Source: Saprospiraceae bacterium (GTDB lineage Bacteria > Bacteroidota > Bacteroidia > Chitinophagales > Saprospiraceae). Taken from it: DNA of 26,490 nucleotides. This document shows, piece after piece, positions 8,514-18,192 of the stretch. How positions within the stretch are numbered: the stretch's first letter is position 1; the number at the start of each line of letters is the position of its first letter. The notes beneath the pieces are model-generated. The model did no database searches and had not been told where the DNA came from. It saw only the letters and a program-made list of their open reading frames with translations. A program made the translations under genes and the position numbers. The stretch is from contig JAHDCE010000001.1 in the NCBI GenBank assembly GCA_020630045.1, positions 1-26,490 on the forward strand, read 5' to 3'.

Positions 8514-11500
8514 ATGAGATATGAAATAGTACCAAAATCATTGAGAATCCGTCCAAAAATTGTGAAATTGACTGTGAGATTAAGCCTATTCGTTCCATTG
8601 TTCATCATGTTATTTTATTTGCCATTGAATCACAAGGGCATCACTAAAAATACAAGTGTGGATGAAGAAGAGTACATCCGACAAAGGGATGCATGGGTGG
8701 ATAAAACATTCAATACACTAACGGAAGACGAAAAAATCGGTCAACTCTTTATGATCCGAGCCCATTCGGATAAAGGATCCGAACACATCAAGAGCATTGA
8801 AAATTTAATCAAAGATTACAAGGTTGGCGGATTGTGCTTTTTTCAGGGAACACCTGAAAAACAAGTGGAATTGCTCAACAAATACCAAGCACTATCTCCC
8901 AAGATTCCTTTGATGGTTTCTATGGATGCCGAGTGGGGTTTAGGTATGCGATTTAAAAAAAATGCGGTTAGCTTTCCCCGCCAATTGATGCTAGGAGCGA
9001 TACAGAATGACAAATTGGTATATGACTTCGGAAAGGAAGTCGCCCGTGAACTTAAGCGAATCGGAGTCCATATCAATTTCGCCCCGGTTGTCGATGTCAA
9101 TAACAACCCCTCCAATCCGGTCATCAATGACCGTTCGTTTGGCGAAGATCGTTACAATGTTACTGCCAAGAGCTATATGTATATGATGGGGATGCAAGAT
9201 CATGGTGTCATGGCTTGCGCCAAACATTTTCCCGGACACGGAGATACCGATGTTGATTCGCATTATGACTTGCCGGTCATCAAGCATGGTCGCCAACGTT
9301 TAGATAGCATTGAACTATATCCTTTCAAGGTGTTGAGTCAGCACGGAATCCAAAGCATGATGGTCGCTCACTTAGCGATTCCCGCTATTGACAAAACGGC
9401 CAACCTGCCCATGACTTTGTCTTCGGCAGCCGTGACCGATTTACTAAAAGACGAAGTGGATTTCCAAGGACTTATTTTTACTGACGGCCTTGGAATGAAA
9501 GGGGTAACCAAACACCACAAGCCCGGACAACTGGAGGTCAAAGCCCTCAAGGCGGGAAATGATGTCCTGCTCTTGCCTCAAGATGTAGCGGCGGCCCACA
9601 AGCAGATAAAAGAAGCATTGTTCAAAAAGGAACTTGATAGGACATCTTTTGAAAATAGCGTAAAGAAAGTATTAGCGGCTAAATACAAGTTGGGACTTAC
9701 TTCTTTTTCTCCCGTCTCCACTTCCGGTATCCGGGAAGATATCAGCGGAGAACAAGCACGGTCTATGAAAAGGAAATTGGTGGTTGGTGCCATGACCTTG
9801 GTTCGTGACGATGCCGCTTTGATGCCGTTTAAAGATTTGAGCGGACGTTCATTCGCCACGCTTTCTATCGGCTCCGCATCTTTGACTCCATTCCAAAAAC
9901 AAGTGTCCAAGTATGTTGATGCAAGTCATTACAATACGACAAAAAGTGTATCCAATGCTTCTTCACTCCTTTCCTTGTTGAAAGGAAAAGAAACCGTTTT
10001 TGTCAGTCTTCACGGTATGAGCAGTAGTGCGTCCAAAGAATTTGGAATTACTCCGCAAACCGTCTCCTTCCTTCAGAAATTGAGCAAGCAGAATAAAGTC
10101 TTTCTCGTCGTATTCGGAAATCCTTATGCCCTACGGTATTTTGACAATGTCGGAACAGTGTTGCAATGCTACAATGATGAAGATATGACCCAGGAAGTCG
10201 CCGCTCAATCCATATTCGGAACATATCCCATCAGTGGTCGGTTACCCGTCACCGCATCTCCTAGGAGCCGTTTCGATGACGGAATGGATATTGCTGCCCT
10301 TGGAAGATTGGAATATGATATTCCGGAAAGTGCCGGATTAGATAGTCGAATCCTAAGAAGAATCGATACCATTGCCCAAGAAGCGATTTCAAAAAAGGCG
10401 ACACCCGGATTACAAGTTCTGGTAGCACGTCAAGGAAAAGTAGTCTTCCATAAAGCCTATGGACATCATACCCGGTCCAAGAAGAAAAGAGTGTCTTTGA
10501 CTGATATATATGATGTTGCATCAGTGACGAAGGTAATGGCTTCCACCATTTCACTCATGCAATTGACGGAAGAAGGCAAAGTGAATATTAATGCGAATCT
10601 AGGATCTTACCTCAACGCCGCTAAGGGAACGAACAAGGAGAACTTGGTCATACGTGATATATTGGCCCACCATGCCAGACTCAAGTCTTGGATTCCGTTT
10701 TATGTAGAGACAGTCACCAAAAGCAAAAAGAATCCAAGGCCAAAGAAGGAATATTACCGCAAAACGAAAGGCGGCGAATTCAATACGCAGGTCACGGATA
10801 AACTATATATGAAAGATTCCTACAAAAAGGAAATGTGGAAACAAATCTGGGAGTCCGAACTAAGAACCAAAACAGGATATAAGTATAGTGATTTAGGATT
10901 TTATATGGCTGCGGCATTGGTAGAAGAGCAAACCGGCAAACCACTGGATCAATTTGCCGATGAGACATTTTACAAACCGTTAGGTCTCCAAGCTACGACT
11001 TTTAACCCTAGGGAAAAATTCCCTGTAGAAAGAATCATTCCTAGTGAAAACGACAAATATTTTCGACGTCAAAACGTTCAAGGGCACGTACATGATATGG
11101 GGGCGGCGATGCTAGGCGGAGTAAGTGGCCATGCCGGCCTGTTCACAACTACCAACGACCTTGCGGTTTTGTCCCAAATGTTACTCAATGGAGGTTATTA
11201 TGGCGGAAGGAACTATTTGAACCCATCTACCATTCAAACCTTCACCACGAGACACTACGCCAGTACAAGGAGAGGAATAGGTTTCGACATGAAAGAAAGG
11301 GACGGTTCACGTAGTCAGAATATGGCTCCCGAAGCATCTGACAGTACTTATGGGCATCTCGGATTTACAGGAACCGCCGTCTGGATCGATCCGGAGAAGG
11401 AACTGTTCTGCATCTTTTTGTCTAACCGTACCCATCCCGGTATGAATAATTATAAACTCAATAAGCTGGATATCCGTCCTAGGGTTCAGACTGCCGTATA

Positions 11501-11528
11501 CGATGCCATCCTTCCTGATGTGCAGTAA
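8514..11528 (+). CDS. GH3 beta-N-acetylglucosaminidase (NagZ-like) fused to a beta-lactamase-fold serine hydrolase (AmiE-like)
   Basis: GH3 motifs NFAPVVDVNNNP, KHFPGHGDTDVDSH (Asp-His dyad) and IFTDGL (nucleophile). Serine-hydrolase motifs ASVTK (SxxK), YKYSDLG, GHAGLF and GHLGFTGT. Hydrophobic N-terminus. The true start may be GTG 8562. Confidence 0.92.
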   Translation: MRYEIVPKSLRIRPKIVKLTVRLSLFVPLFIMLFYLPLNHKGITKNTSVDEEEYIRQRDAWVDKTFNTLTEDEKIGQLFMIRAHSDKGSEHIKSIENLIKDYKVGGLCFFQGTPEKQVELLNKYQALSPKIPLMVSMDAEWGLGMRFKKNAVSFPRQLMLGAIQNDKLVYDFGKEVARELKRIGVHINFAPVVDVNNNPSNPVINDRSFGEDRYNVTAKSYMYMMGMQDHGVMACAKHFPGHGDTDVDSHYDLPVIKHGRQRLDSIELYPFKVLSQHGIQSMMVAHLAIPAIDKTANLPMTLSSAAVTDLLKDEVDFQGLIFTDGLGMKGVTKHHKPGQLEVKALKAGNDVLLLPQDVAAAHKQIKEALFKKELDRTSFENSVKKVLAAKYKLGLTSFSPVSTSGIREDISGEQARSMKRKLVVGAMTLVRDDAALMPFKDLSGRSFATLSIGSASLTPFQKQVSKYVDASHYNTTKSVSNASSLLSLLKGKETVFVSLHGMSSSASKEFGITPQTVSFLQKLSKQNKVFLVVFGNPYALRYFDNVGTVLQCYNDEDMTQEVAAQSIFGTYPISGRLPVTASPRSRFDDGMDIAALGRLEYDIPESAGLDSRILRRIDTIAQEAISKKATPGLQVLVARQGKVVFHKAYGHHTRSKKKRVSLTDIYDVASVTKVMASTISLMQLTEEGKVNINANLGSYLNAAKGTNKENLVIRDILAHHARLKSWIPFYVETVTKSKKNPRPKKEYYRKTKGGEFNTQVTDKLYMKDSYKKEMWKQIWESELRTKTGYKYSDLGFYMAAALVEEQTGKPLDQFADETFYKPLGLQATTFNPREKFPVERIIPSENDKYFRRQNVQGHVHDMGAAMLGGVSGHAGLFTTTNDLAVLSQMLLNGGYYGGRNYLNPSTIQTFTTRHYASTRRGIGFDMKERDGSRSQNMAPEASDSTYGHLGFTGTAVWIDPEKELFCIFLSNRTHPGMNNYKLNKLDIRPRVQTAVYDAILPDVQ

Positions 11529-11539
11529 GGTTTACATCG

Positions 11540-11570
11540 TTGTCTGATTATCAGGATTGGTTTACCTTTG
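11540..11570 (+). promoter_or_regulatory. Bacteroidota sigma-A promoter for rlmD
   Basis: TTG (11540-11542), a 20-nt spacer, then TACCTTTG (11563-11570), 40 nt upstream of GTG 11611. Confidence 0.65.
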
Positions 11571-11610
11571 CGTTCCGCAATACGGGAATTCAACATTAGA
11601 TATTATTTAA

Positions 11611-13017
11611 GTGGGAAGGAGAAAAAAGAAATTAATAGAAAACTTGCTGATTACCGGCACGGCTGACAAAGGCAAGTGCATAGGTAAAACCGAATCCGGG
11701 CAAGTGGTTTTTGTAGAAGGCGTAGCTCCCGGAGATGTCGTGGATGTCTTGATTCTGCGAAAGCGGAAAGGCTTTTTGGAAGGGCGGCTACAAAATATCA
11801 AATCCTTATCGAAAGAACGTGTTGAGCCCGTCTGTAAACATTTCGGTGTTTGTGGCGGTTGCAAATGGCAACACATTCCCTATGAAGCACAGTTGCGACA
11901 TAAAAACGATACCGTAAAAAATGCCTTGCAACGAATTGGAAAGGTCGATGTCGAAGCCTTCGAACCCATACTGGGAGCGGCCGAAACCGAATATTATAGG
12001 AATAAACTCGAGTTTACGTTTTCTTGTAAAAGATGGCTAGAGGCTGATGAGTTGAACGAAGAGGAAATCTCTAATCGTCAGGATGTTTTAGGTTTTCATC
12101 GTCCTAGGGTTTTTGACAAAATCATTGATATTGATCATTGCCATTTACAACCTGCTCCTTCTAATGAAATCCGTTTGTTCGTCAAGGAAAAAGCCAAGGA
12201 GCTCGGCCTTTCATTTTTCGATATCAGGGAAAACCAAGGATATATGAGGAACCTGTTAATCAGGACTTCCTCCTTGGGTGAAACCATGGTGGTTTTCAGT
12301 TTTCATGAAGATGAAAAAGATACCCGTGAACAATTGCTGGATGCGGTTTGGGAAAAATTCGAATTGACCTCCTTGTGTTACACCATCAACACCAAAAAGA
12401 ATGACAGTTGGTACGGTTTGGATGTTTTGGTCTATAAAGGCGAAGGAGTGATACACGAACAGTTAGGAGACGTCAAGTACAAAATAAGTCCTAAATCTTT
12501 TTTCCAAACAAATACTCGACAAGCCAAAGAATTATATGATATCGTTGTAGAGTTCGCAGGCATGACCGGTCATGAAAACGTATATGATTTGTACACCGGT
12601 ACAGGCAGTATAGCATGCTATGTGGCAAAATCCTGCAAGCAAGTGGTAGGAATCGAAGAAGTAGAGGCCGCTATTGTCGACGCTGGCAAAAACGCAGCCA
12701 TGAACGGAATTGAAAACACGGTGTTCTATGCGGGAGATGTCAAGGATATACTGACTGACCAATTTGCCGAAAAACATGGCAAGCCGGATATTTTGATTAC
12801 CGATCCTCCTAGGGCGGGTATGCACAAGGATGTTATTGAGATGTTGCTTAAATTAGCATCGCCAAAGGTGGTCTATGTGAGTTGTAATCCGGCCACACAA
12901 GCACGTGATTTGAATCTCCTTTCGGAGAAATATGAAGTGAAAAAAGTAAGACCGGTGGATATGTTTCCACACACGCATCACATTGAGAGTGTTGCCTTGC
13001 TCCAATTGAAGGACTGA
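11611..13017 (+). CDS. rlmD: 23S rRNA (uracil(1939)-C5)-methyltransferase RlmD
   Basis: N-terminal TRAM domain; Fe-S motif CKHFGVCGGCKWQ; YRNKLEFTF; SFFQTN; DLYTGTGSI (SAM binding); DPPRAG; VSCNPATQARD (catalytic Cys); DMFPHTHHIE. GTG start. Confidence 0.95.
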   Translation: MGRRKKKLIENLLITGTADKGKCIGKTESGQVVFVEGVAPGDVVDVLILRKRKGFLEGRLQNIKSLSKERVEPVCKHFGVCGGCKWQHIPYEAQLRHKNDTVKNALQRIGKVDVEAFEPILGAAETEYYRNKLEFTFSCKRWLEADELNEEEISNRQDVLGFHRPRVFDKIIDIDHCHLQPAPSNEIRLFVKEKAKELGLSFFDIRENQGYMRNLLIRTSSLGETMVVFSFHEDEKDTREQLLDAVWEKFELTSLCYTINTKKNDSWYGLDVLVYKGEGVIHEQLGDVKYKISPKSFFQTNTRQAKELYDIVVEFAGMTGHENVYDLYTGTGSIACYVAKSCKQVVGIEEVEAAIVDAGKNAAMNGIENTVFYAGDVKDILTDQFAEKHGKPDILITDPPRAGMHKDVIEMLLKLASPKVVYVSCNPATQARDLNLLSEKYEVKKVRPVDMFPHTHHIESVALLQLKD

Positions 13018-13076
13018 TTGATTCCGGGAACATTTCTGCTCGAATCAAGATGAAATAAGGCGACAAAACAAAACTT

Positions 13077-13430
13077 ATGGAAAAAACAGATACGGAATTA
13101 TTGGCTAGGATACAACTTGAAATGCAACCATTCAAGCTTCCTTTGAGCAAAGCTTCCGATATGATTCTTGATCAAGGAATCAGTGAATACCCCATTTTCG
13201 TATTACATGGACAAGAGGTGGAAATTGGGATTCCCTTGTGGAAAAAAGGAGATCATGGACTGAAATGGTCGGTTCATGCATCCACTCTAGAAGAATTTGT
13301 AGCCAAGCAATTAATTACGGCTGACAAGGTTGAGAACTTCAAGGATGTATTCAAGCCTCCAAAGTCTCAGCTTTGTTGCTTCGTTCTAAGTGAACTGGGT
13401 GCAACTTTTATTTTTCTGCCACGTATCTAA
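13077..13430 (+). CDS. Hypothetical cytoplasmic protein (117 aa)
   Basis: ATG start 59 bp after rlmD, A-rich upstream context, normal globular composition (YPIFVLH, WSVHASTLEEFVAK). No family recognised with confidence. Confidence 0.75.
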   Translation: MEKTDTELLARIQLEMQPFKLPLSKASDMILDQGISEYPIFVLHGQEVEIGIPLWKKGDHGLKWSVHASTLEEFVAKQLITADKVENFKDVFKPPKSQLCCFVLSELGATFIFLPRI

Positions 13431-13685
13431 ATAGGTATCCTAAAACCGAGTTAAGGGATGATATCTAAACATTCCGAGCTTATAGAGCCTGTTAGAATTT
13501 GTTTTTCATAAATGTGAATCGCCAAGAAAGGTATTCGTGTTCATGATAATGACACACAAAGTTTTAATAAGCACTAAACCATTGAGACACTAAATACAGT
13601 GTGTAATAAGTTCTTTGAGGTATGGATTTTATTTCAAATCAATGAACACCCTGAGCCTAATTGCCCTAGCTATTAAGGCGAGGAT

Positions 13686-15725
13686 GTGAAGCAGAGTTGG
13701 AATAAAAGACAATTTCAAAAATCAAAATTACTTTTTACACAGTGTACTAAACATTCTGAATTGCATCCTTTATCAGTACATAACAACGGGAAGCCACAAA
13801 AAGGCAATTATAATAATATCCTTCTTATAGAAGATAACATCGGTGATGCCCGACTCGTCGAGTTACTACTTGAAGAGACGGATTTGTTCGATTATAAAAT
13901 TGTCAATGCTACCACCTTAGAAGAAGGAGTTACTACAATGGGCCAAAGCGTCTTTGATGTCGTTTTGTTAGACCTTACTCTCCCCGATAGTCGTGGTATG
14001 GAAACCCTGACCGAATTCATTTCCCATTTTCCTGAAGCCAATGTCATTGTATTGACAGGTTTAAAAAATAAAGAATTTGGCGTCATGGCCGTTCGTGAAG
14101 GGGCGCAAGATTACTTGGTTAAAGGCGAATTCGATTCGGATTGGTTGGCCAAGTCCCTCAAGTTTTCAATTGAACGGAATCAAATATTACAACGTCTGGA
14201 AGAGGCTCATAAAATGGCCTTGATCGGCCAATGGGAATACGATGTCGTCAAAGGCAAAATGACTGCCACGGATGTTGTTTATCAAATATTAGGATATCAT
14301 CCTAGAGAGATTGAAATCACGGATGAAGTGATTGAGCAAGATTCTTCCCATTTACATTTTTTAAATAAAATCATAGAAAATGCCCTGAATGGAAAAGGGT
14401 TGAAACGGGATCTGGTCATCGTCAATAAATCGGGTGATGTTCGATATATTCATATACAATGCTCGGTTTCATATGATGTAGCCCAAAAGCCGGTTTCGAT
14501 TAGCGGTGTGATGCAAGATATCACAGAAAGAAAACGATCGGAACAACTGGAGAAAGATCGGGACCTCGCTCTAGAATCATCAAAAATTAAAGACAAATTA
14601 ATCGCTAGGGTCAGCCATGAAATGCGGACACCATTACATGCCGTAGTGAGTATGAGCAGTATGATCCGCGAAGACGGTTTGTCGAACCAACAACAAGGTT
14701 GGATGAGTACGCTCCAACACTCATCCCAGCATTTACTTGGAATGATTGATGACATCCTACAAATTTCAGCGATAAAAAACGGAGAAGAAGTAAAATTCAA
14801 ATATCGCACCTTCGATTTGTACGATTTGATGTCGAACCTGTCTAATACATTCCAGAATTATCTGGAAAAGAAAAAAATCGTTTTCGAGATGGATATCAAA
14901 TCCGATGTTCCTCGATACGTTGTAGGAGATACCAAGCGAATGGATCAAATATTTTACAACTTGGTAGGTAACGCTTTCAAATTTACCGACTCCGGAAAGA
15001 TAGAAGTGGTTGCTAGCAAGATGAGACCATTGGACGATGGTAAAGTTCTGCTTAGATTTTCCGTTAAAGACACCGGTATCGGAATACCCGAAGAAAAATT
15101 GAATGATATCTTCGAGCCGTTTACAAGGGTAGACCATAAGAACAAAATTTACGAGGGAACCGGTCTAGGGCTATCCATTGCCTATAGTTTTGTCGAAATC
15201 CAAGGCGGAAAAATGTATGTGGATAGTGTAATGGGGGAAGGGTCTACATTTTACTTTGATTTGCCAATGAAAGTATCTTCGGAAGATCAGTTGGAGACAA
15301 CTAGGGAAGATGAAGAAATTGAACCCGTCGCTCATGGTCCGTATAAGGTCTTAATGGCTGAAGACCACAAAATGAATCAATATATCGCCAAGAAAACCTT
15401 GGAAAAAGAATATGAAGGGATTCAAATTGAATTGACCGTTGTGGAAAACGGTAAAGAAGCGGTAGAATTATTGGAGAAAGAAAAATTTGATTTGGTATTG
15501 ATGGATTTACAAATGCCGGTTATGGATGGCTATGAAGCTACCGAATATATCCGCACCCATCTATTTTCCGAAGAGGAGCTGCCGGTACTTGCTGTAACAG
15601 CCGATGCTCAGATTTCTATGGATGGAAAATTCAAGCAATTCAAAATGAATGATTTCGTATTGAAACCATTTGACAAAAAAGAAATATTTAAAAAAATATC
15701 GCACTACGCTAGTAAGAAATATTGA
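13686..15725 (+). CDS. Soluble hybrid histidine kinase REC-PAS-HisKA-HATPase-REC
   Basis: REC1 (ILLIEDN...VLLDLTLPD...DYLVK); PAS/PAC-like segment (GQWEYDV...GVMQDITERKR); H-box VSHEMRTPL; N-box QIFYNLVGNAFKFT; G1 DTGIGI; F-box IFEPF; G2 GTGLGL; REC2 (VLMAEDH...LVLMDLQMPVMDG...FVLKPF). No transmembrane segment. The start codon is uncertain and may lie downstream of GTG 13686. Confidence 0.93.
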   Translation: MKQSWNKRQFQKSKLLFTQCTKHSELHPLSVHNNGKPQKGNYNNILLIEDNIGDARLVELLLEETDLFDYKIVNATTLEEGVTTMGQSVFDVVLLDLTLPDSRGMETLTEFISHFPEANVIVLTGLKNKEFGVMAVREGAQDYLVKGEFDSDWLAKSLKFSIERNQILQRLEEAHKMALIGQWEYDVVKGKMTATDVVYQILGYHPREIEITDEVIEQDSSHLHFLNKIIENALNGKGLKRDLVIVNKSGDVRYIHIQCSVSYDVAQKPVSISGVMQDITERKRSEQLEKDRDLALESSKIKDKLIARVSHEMRTPLHAVVSMSSMIREDGLSNQQQGWMSTLQHSSQHLLGMIDDILQISAIKNGEEVKFKYRTFDLYDLMSNLSNTFQNYLEKKKIVFEMDIKSDVPRYVVGDTKRMDQIFYNLVGNAFKFTDSGKIEVVASKMRPLDDGKVLLRFSVKDTGIGIPEEKLNDIFEPFTRVDHKNKIYEGTGLGLSIAYSFVEIQGGKMYVDSVMGEGSTFYFDLPMKVSSEDQLETTREDEEIEPVAHGPYKVLMAEDHKMNQYIAKKTLEKEYEGIQIELTVVENGKEAVELLEKEKFDLVLMDLQMPVMDGYEATEYIRTHLFSEEELPVLAVTADAQISMDGKFKQFKMNDFVLKPFDKKEIFKKISHYASKKY

Positions 15726-15736
15726 AACCTTAACCC

Positions 15737-16096
15737 ATGGGAGTGAAACTTTACCAATATATCAATTTAGAATACTTGGAACTGATGGCAGACGGAGACA
15801 TGGAGATGAAAAAAACCATGTTGGAAATGCTTTTGGATGAATTGCCGAACGAAGTGGCCAAAATGCCGGGCTTGTATGACAAGAGTGATTGGGACGGATT
15901 GCATAAACTGTCGCATAAACTGAAGTCTACCTTGTCTTTCGTAGGAAATGGAGAGATGGATAAAGCCAATGTCCAAATCGTCGAAATTTCAAGGGAAGTA
16001 ACTGATACATCACTTTTGCCGGGCTACATTCAATCTATGCAACAATTTTGTGACAAGGCTTTGTCCGAATTGCACCAAGAATTTTCGAAACTTTAA
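15737..16096 (+). CDS. Stand-alone Hpt (histidine phosphotransfer) protein
   Basis: All-helical 119 aa; 'INLEYLELMADGD' start and 'LHKLSHKLKSTLSFVG' with the conserved phospho-His (xHKLKS). Lies 11 bp after the hybrid kinase. Confidence 0.88.
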   Translation: MGVKLYQYINLEYLELMADGDMEMKKTMLEMLLDELPNEVAKMPGLYDKSDWDGLHKLSHKLKSTLSFVGNGEMDKANVQIVEISREVTDTSLLPGYIQSMQQFCDKALSELHQEFSKL

Positions 16097-16106
16097 ATGA
16101 TTATCC

Positions 16107-16114
16107 TATCTTTG
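16107..16114 (+). promoter_or_regulatory. Putative -7 element (TATCTTTG) for the single-domain response regulator
   Basis: TATCTTTG followed by CA, 48 nt upstream of ATG 16163. No clear -33 box. Confidence 0.55.
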
Positions 16115-16162
16115 CAATTCCTTCTATCAAAACATTTTTGATAGTTTGCATTTAGTTAGGGT

Positions 16163-16531
16163 ATGAAAATTTTAATTTGCGAAGACGAAGAAATCATGTT
16201 AACTGCTTTGGAGTTCAGGCTCCGAAAACAGGGCTTCTCTGTGGTTAAGGCCGAAGATGGCAAACAAGCGGTTTCTATTTTGGAAGACGATATTCCGGAT
16301 TTGATCGTGGCGGATGTTATGATGCCTCATGTTTCCGGGTTGGAATTGATTTCTTTTATTCGAGATGAAAAGAAGAATACAGTACCCGTCATTATCATTT
16401 CAGCATTAGAACAAGAAGATATCGTATTGGAAGCCTTCCGTTTGGGAGCCAATGATTTCATCACTAAGCCCTTTCGTCCCAATGAATTGATACTGCGGAT
16501 TAAAAAGATTTTCCAAGAAATCGGAAATTAA
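16163..16531 (+). CDS. Single-domain (CheY-like) response regulator
   Basis: KILICEDE; LIVADVMMP (phospho-Asp); IISAL; DFITKPF. 122 aa with no output domain. Confidence 0.93.
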   Translation: MKILICEDEEIMLTALEFRLRKQGFSVVKAEDGKQAVSILEDDIPDLIVADVMMPHVSGLELISFIRDEKKNTVPVIIISALEQEDIVLEAFRLGANDFITKPFRPNELILRIKKIFQEIGN

Positions 16532-16532
16532 A

Positions 16533-17855
16533 TCATCCATTTTTACCCGTTCCCAATTCCAATAATTGTTCATAAACCGATTGCCATCCCTCCCAGTCAC
16601 GGGTATGGAATGAACTATTGTGCCAAGTAAGGACACACCTTCCTCCATAGGTGCGGATTTGTCGGATAATCTGTGCCGAACGTTCAATCGCGGCTTCATG
16701 TGATAGTCCCATGTAATTTTTTAATGTCACATCCATAAGAGGGAATGGATGTATGAGTAGTGTTGTTTCTTCCTCATTTTTTAAATCGTACCAATAGAAC
16801 GAATGGGCAGTTCCTGCTCTAAACCCGATATGGTCACTGAAGGCCATACTGTAATCTTCTTGCATTCCGGTTTCCAATAACAATTGATATGATTCTGGTA
16901 ACCTGAATCTTAGAAAATGAAATCGTGAATGAGTAATGGGAAAACCGCTGGATGACTCAAGTGTCCTGGCTTCATGTATGACTCTAGAAGGATTCAAATG
17001 AGAAGCATACGACGGATGAATACCGGCATCGTGTATTTCGCTTTGTGTCCGAATCAGTTTTTTAAATTCAGGTAAAGATGGAGAAGGGTTCTTGTCGTAT
17101 TTTCCATATTGACCAAGTAACCAAAACATTCGGATTTTTACTTTCTTTTTTCGATGAACTTGACGAATGTAGTCAAATGTGTCAAAGGGATCTTTCTGTT
17201 TTCCTTGTATCGTTTTCCATCGTTCCGATATCAAATCGAAACGTCCTTGGGTGATATCTCTCATCCAGCCTCCCAGTCTTCTCCAAACCGGTTTCCAGCC
17301 AAATGCTCTTGCATGATCGATGTCAAAAGTCGGAAGGAACTGATATGTAGGGTGAGCAATGGGAAGAGAAGGAAATAGAGCCAAAAGTTTTTTCCCGAGA
17401 TTACGGATTAACATATCAACGATTGGCAATTCCAAAACCCCTTGTTTGAATGCCTGTGATTGTCCGGCCGTAAATCTACCGTGGTCGTCAGGTTCGAAGG
17501 GCAGATATTCTTCATGTCTTGAAAGCATGAAAAATATTTTGGAGAAAATATCCCCGTCCATTTCAAGCAAATCAGCTGAATAAGGAGTGGTGTCACGATT
17601 TTCTAATAACCCGTCAGCGACGATATGTAAATACTTGACGTGGTTAATATTTGGTGGATTTTTTGAATACCAAAGCTTTGCTCCCACAGCCGATTCCCAC
17701 TCCTCGGAGTCTGTCGTCAAAACAAACCCCGTTTTTAGTATCCGGTTAAAAACGTGTCGTAATGTATAGGACAACCTATTTGTACGTTTATCCGTATATA
17801 TAAATAATTTCAATTGATGTTGGTTTGTGTTGAAATCGATGATCGGGATATCCAC
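16533..17855 (-). CDS. Polysaccharide deacetylase-like (CE4/NodB-fold) protein
   Basis: PTFDIDH (motif-1-like), GIHPSY, SRFHFLRF, DYSMAF, PLMDVTL, LTWHN. The likely start is TTG 17813 (MKLFIYTDKRTNRLSY). Confidence 0.8.
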   Translation of the reverse strand: MDIPIIDFNTNQHQLKLFIYTDKRTNRLSYTLRHVFNRILKTGFVLTTDSEEWESAVGAKLWYSKNPPNINHVKYLHIVADGLLENRDTTPYSADLLEMDGDIFSKIFFMLSRHEEYLPFEPDDHGRFTAGQSQAFKQGVLELPIVDMLIRNLGKKLLALFPSLPIAHPTYQFLPTFDIDHARAFGWKPVWRRLGGWMRDITQGRFDLISERWKTIQGKQKDPFDTFDYIRQVHRKKKVKIRMFWLLGQYGKYDKNPSPSLPEFKKLIRTQSEIHDAGIHPSYASHLNPSRVIHEARTLESSSGFPITHSRFHFLRFRLPESYQLLLETGMQEDYSMAFSDHIGFRAGTAHSFYWYDLKNEEETTLLIHPFPLMDVTLKNYMGLSHEAAIERSAQIIRQIRTYGGRCVLTWHNSSFHTRDWEGWQSVYEQLLELGTGKNG

Positions 17856-18192
17856 CTATAAAGAAACGATTCCATTTTGAAATTATGTCACAAAATTCCG
17901 TATGAATTGTTGTTTTTCTGTATTATTTATCAGAACTTCATGTTTTCACAAATTAGAAAAATAGTAAGTATAAGATTAACTCTACCTTTCATTACACTAA
18001 GGCTGATTCGATTTAATGAATATTAGTTAAGGATGCTTGGTTGTGCCAAGGGTCTTTTAGTGCGTTAACTTGACAGTTGAAATGTGCGAAATTTTCAGTT
18101 TATTTTAAACTTACATCATCAAATTCAAATAATAGTTGTTAGACCTTTTAAAAGGGCAGCAATATCATCAAGAAAAAATACTCCGTTGTTTT

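Noticed and set aside
10380-11528. Beta-lactamase fold as an antibiotic-resistance gene
   Set aside because: It is fused to GH3, and its motif variants (YSD, GHLGFTGT) fit the AmiE/esterase-like serine hydrolases rather than class A/C/D beta-lactamases.
13483-13500. TAGAGCCTGTTAGAATTT, reminiscent of an IS5-family terminal inverted repeat
   Set aside because: I found no matching opposite end, target duplication or transposase in the window, and the resemblance is from memory only.
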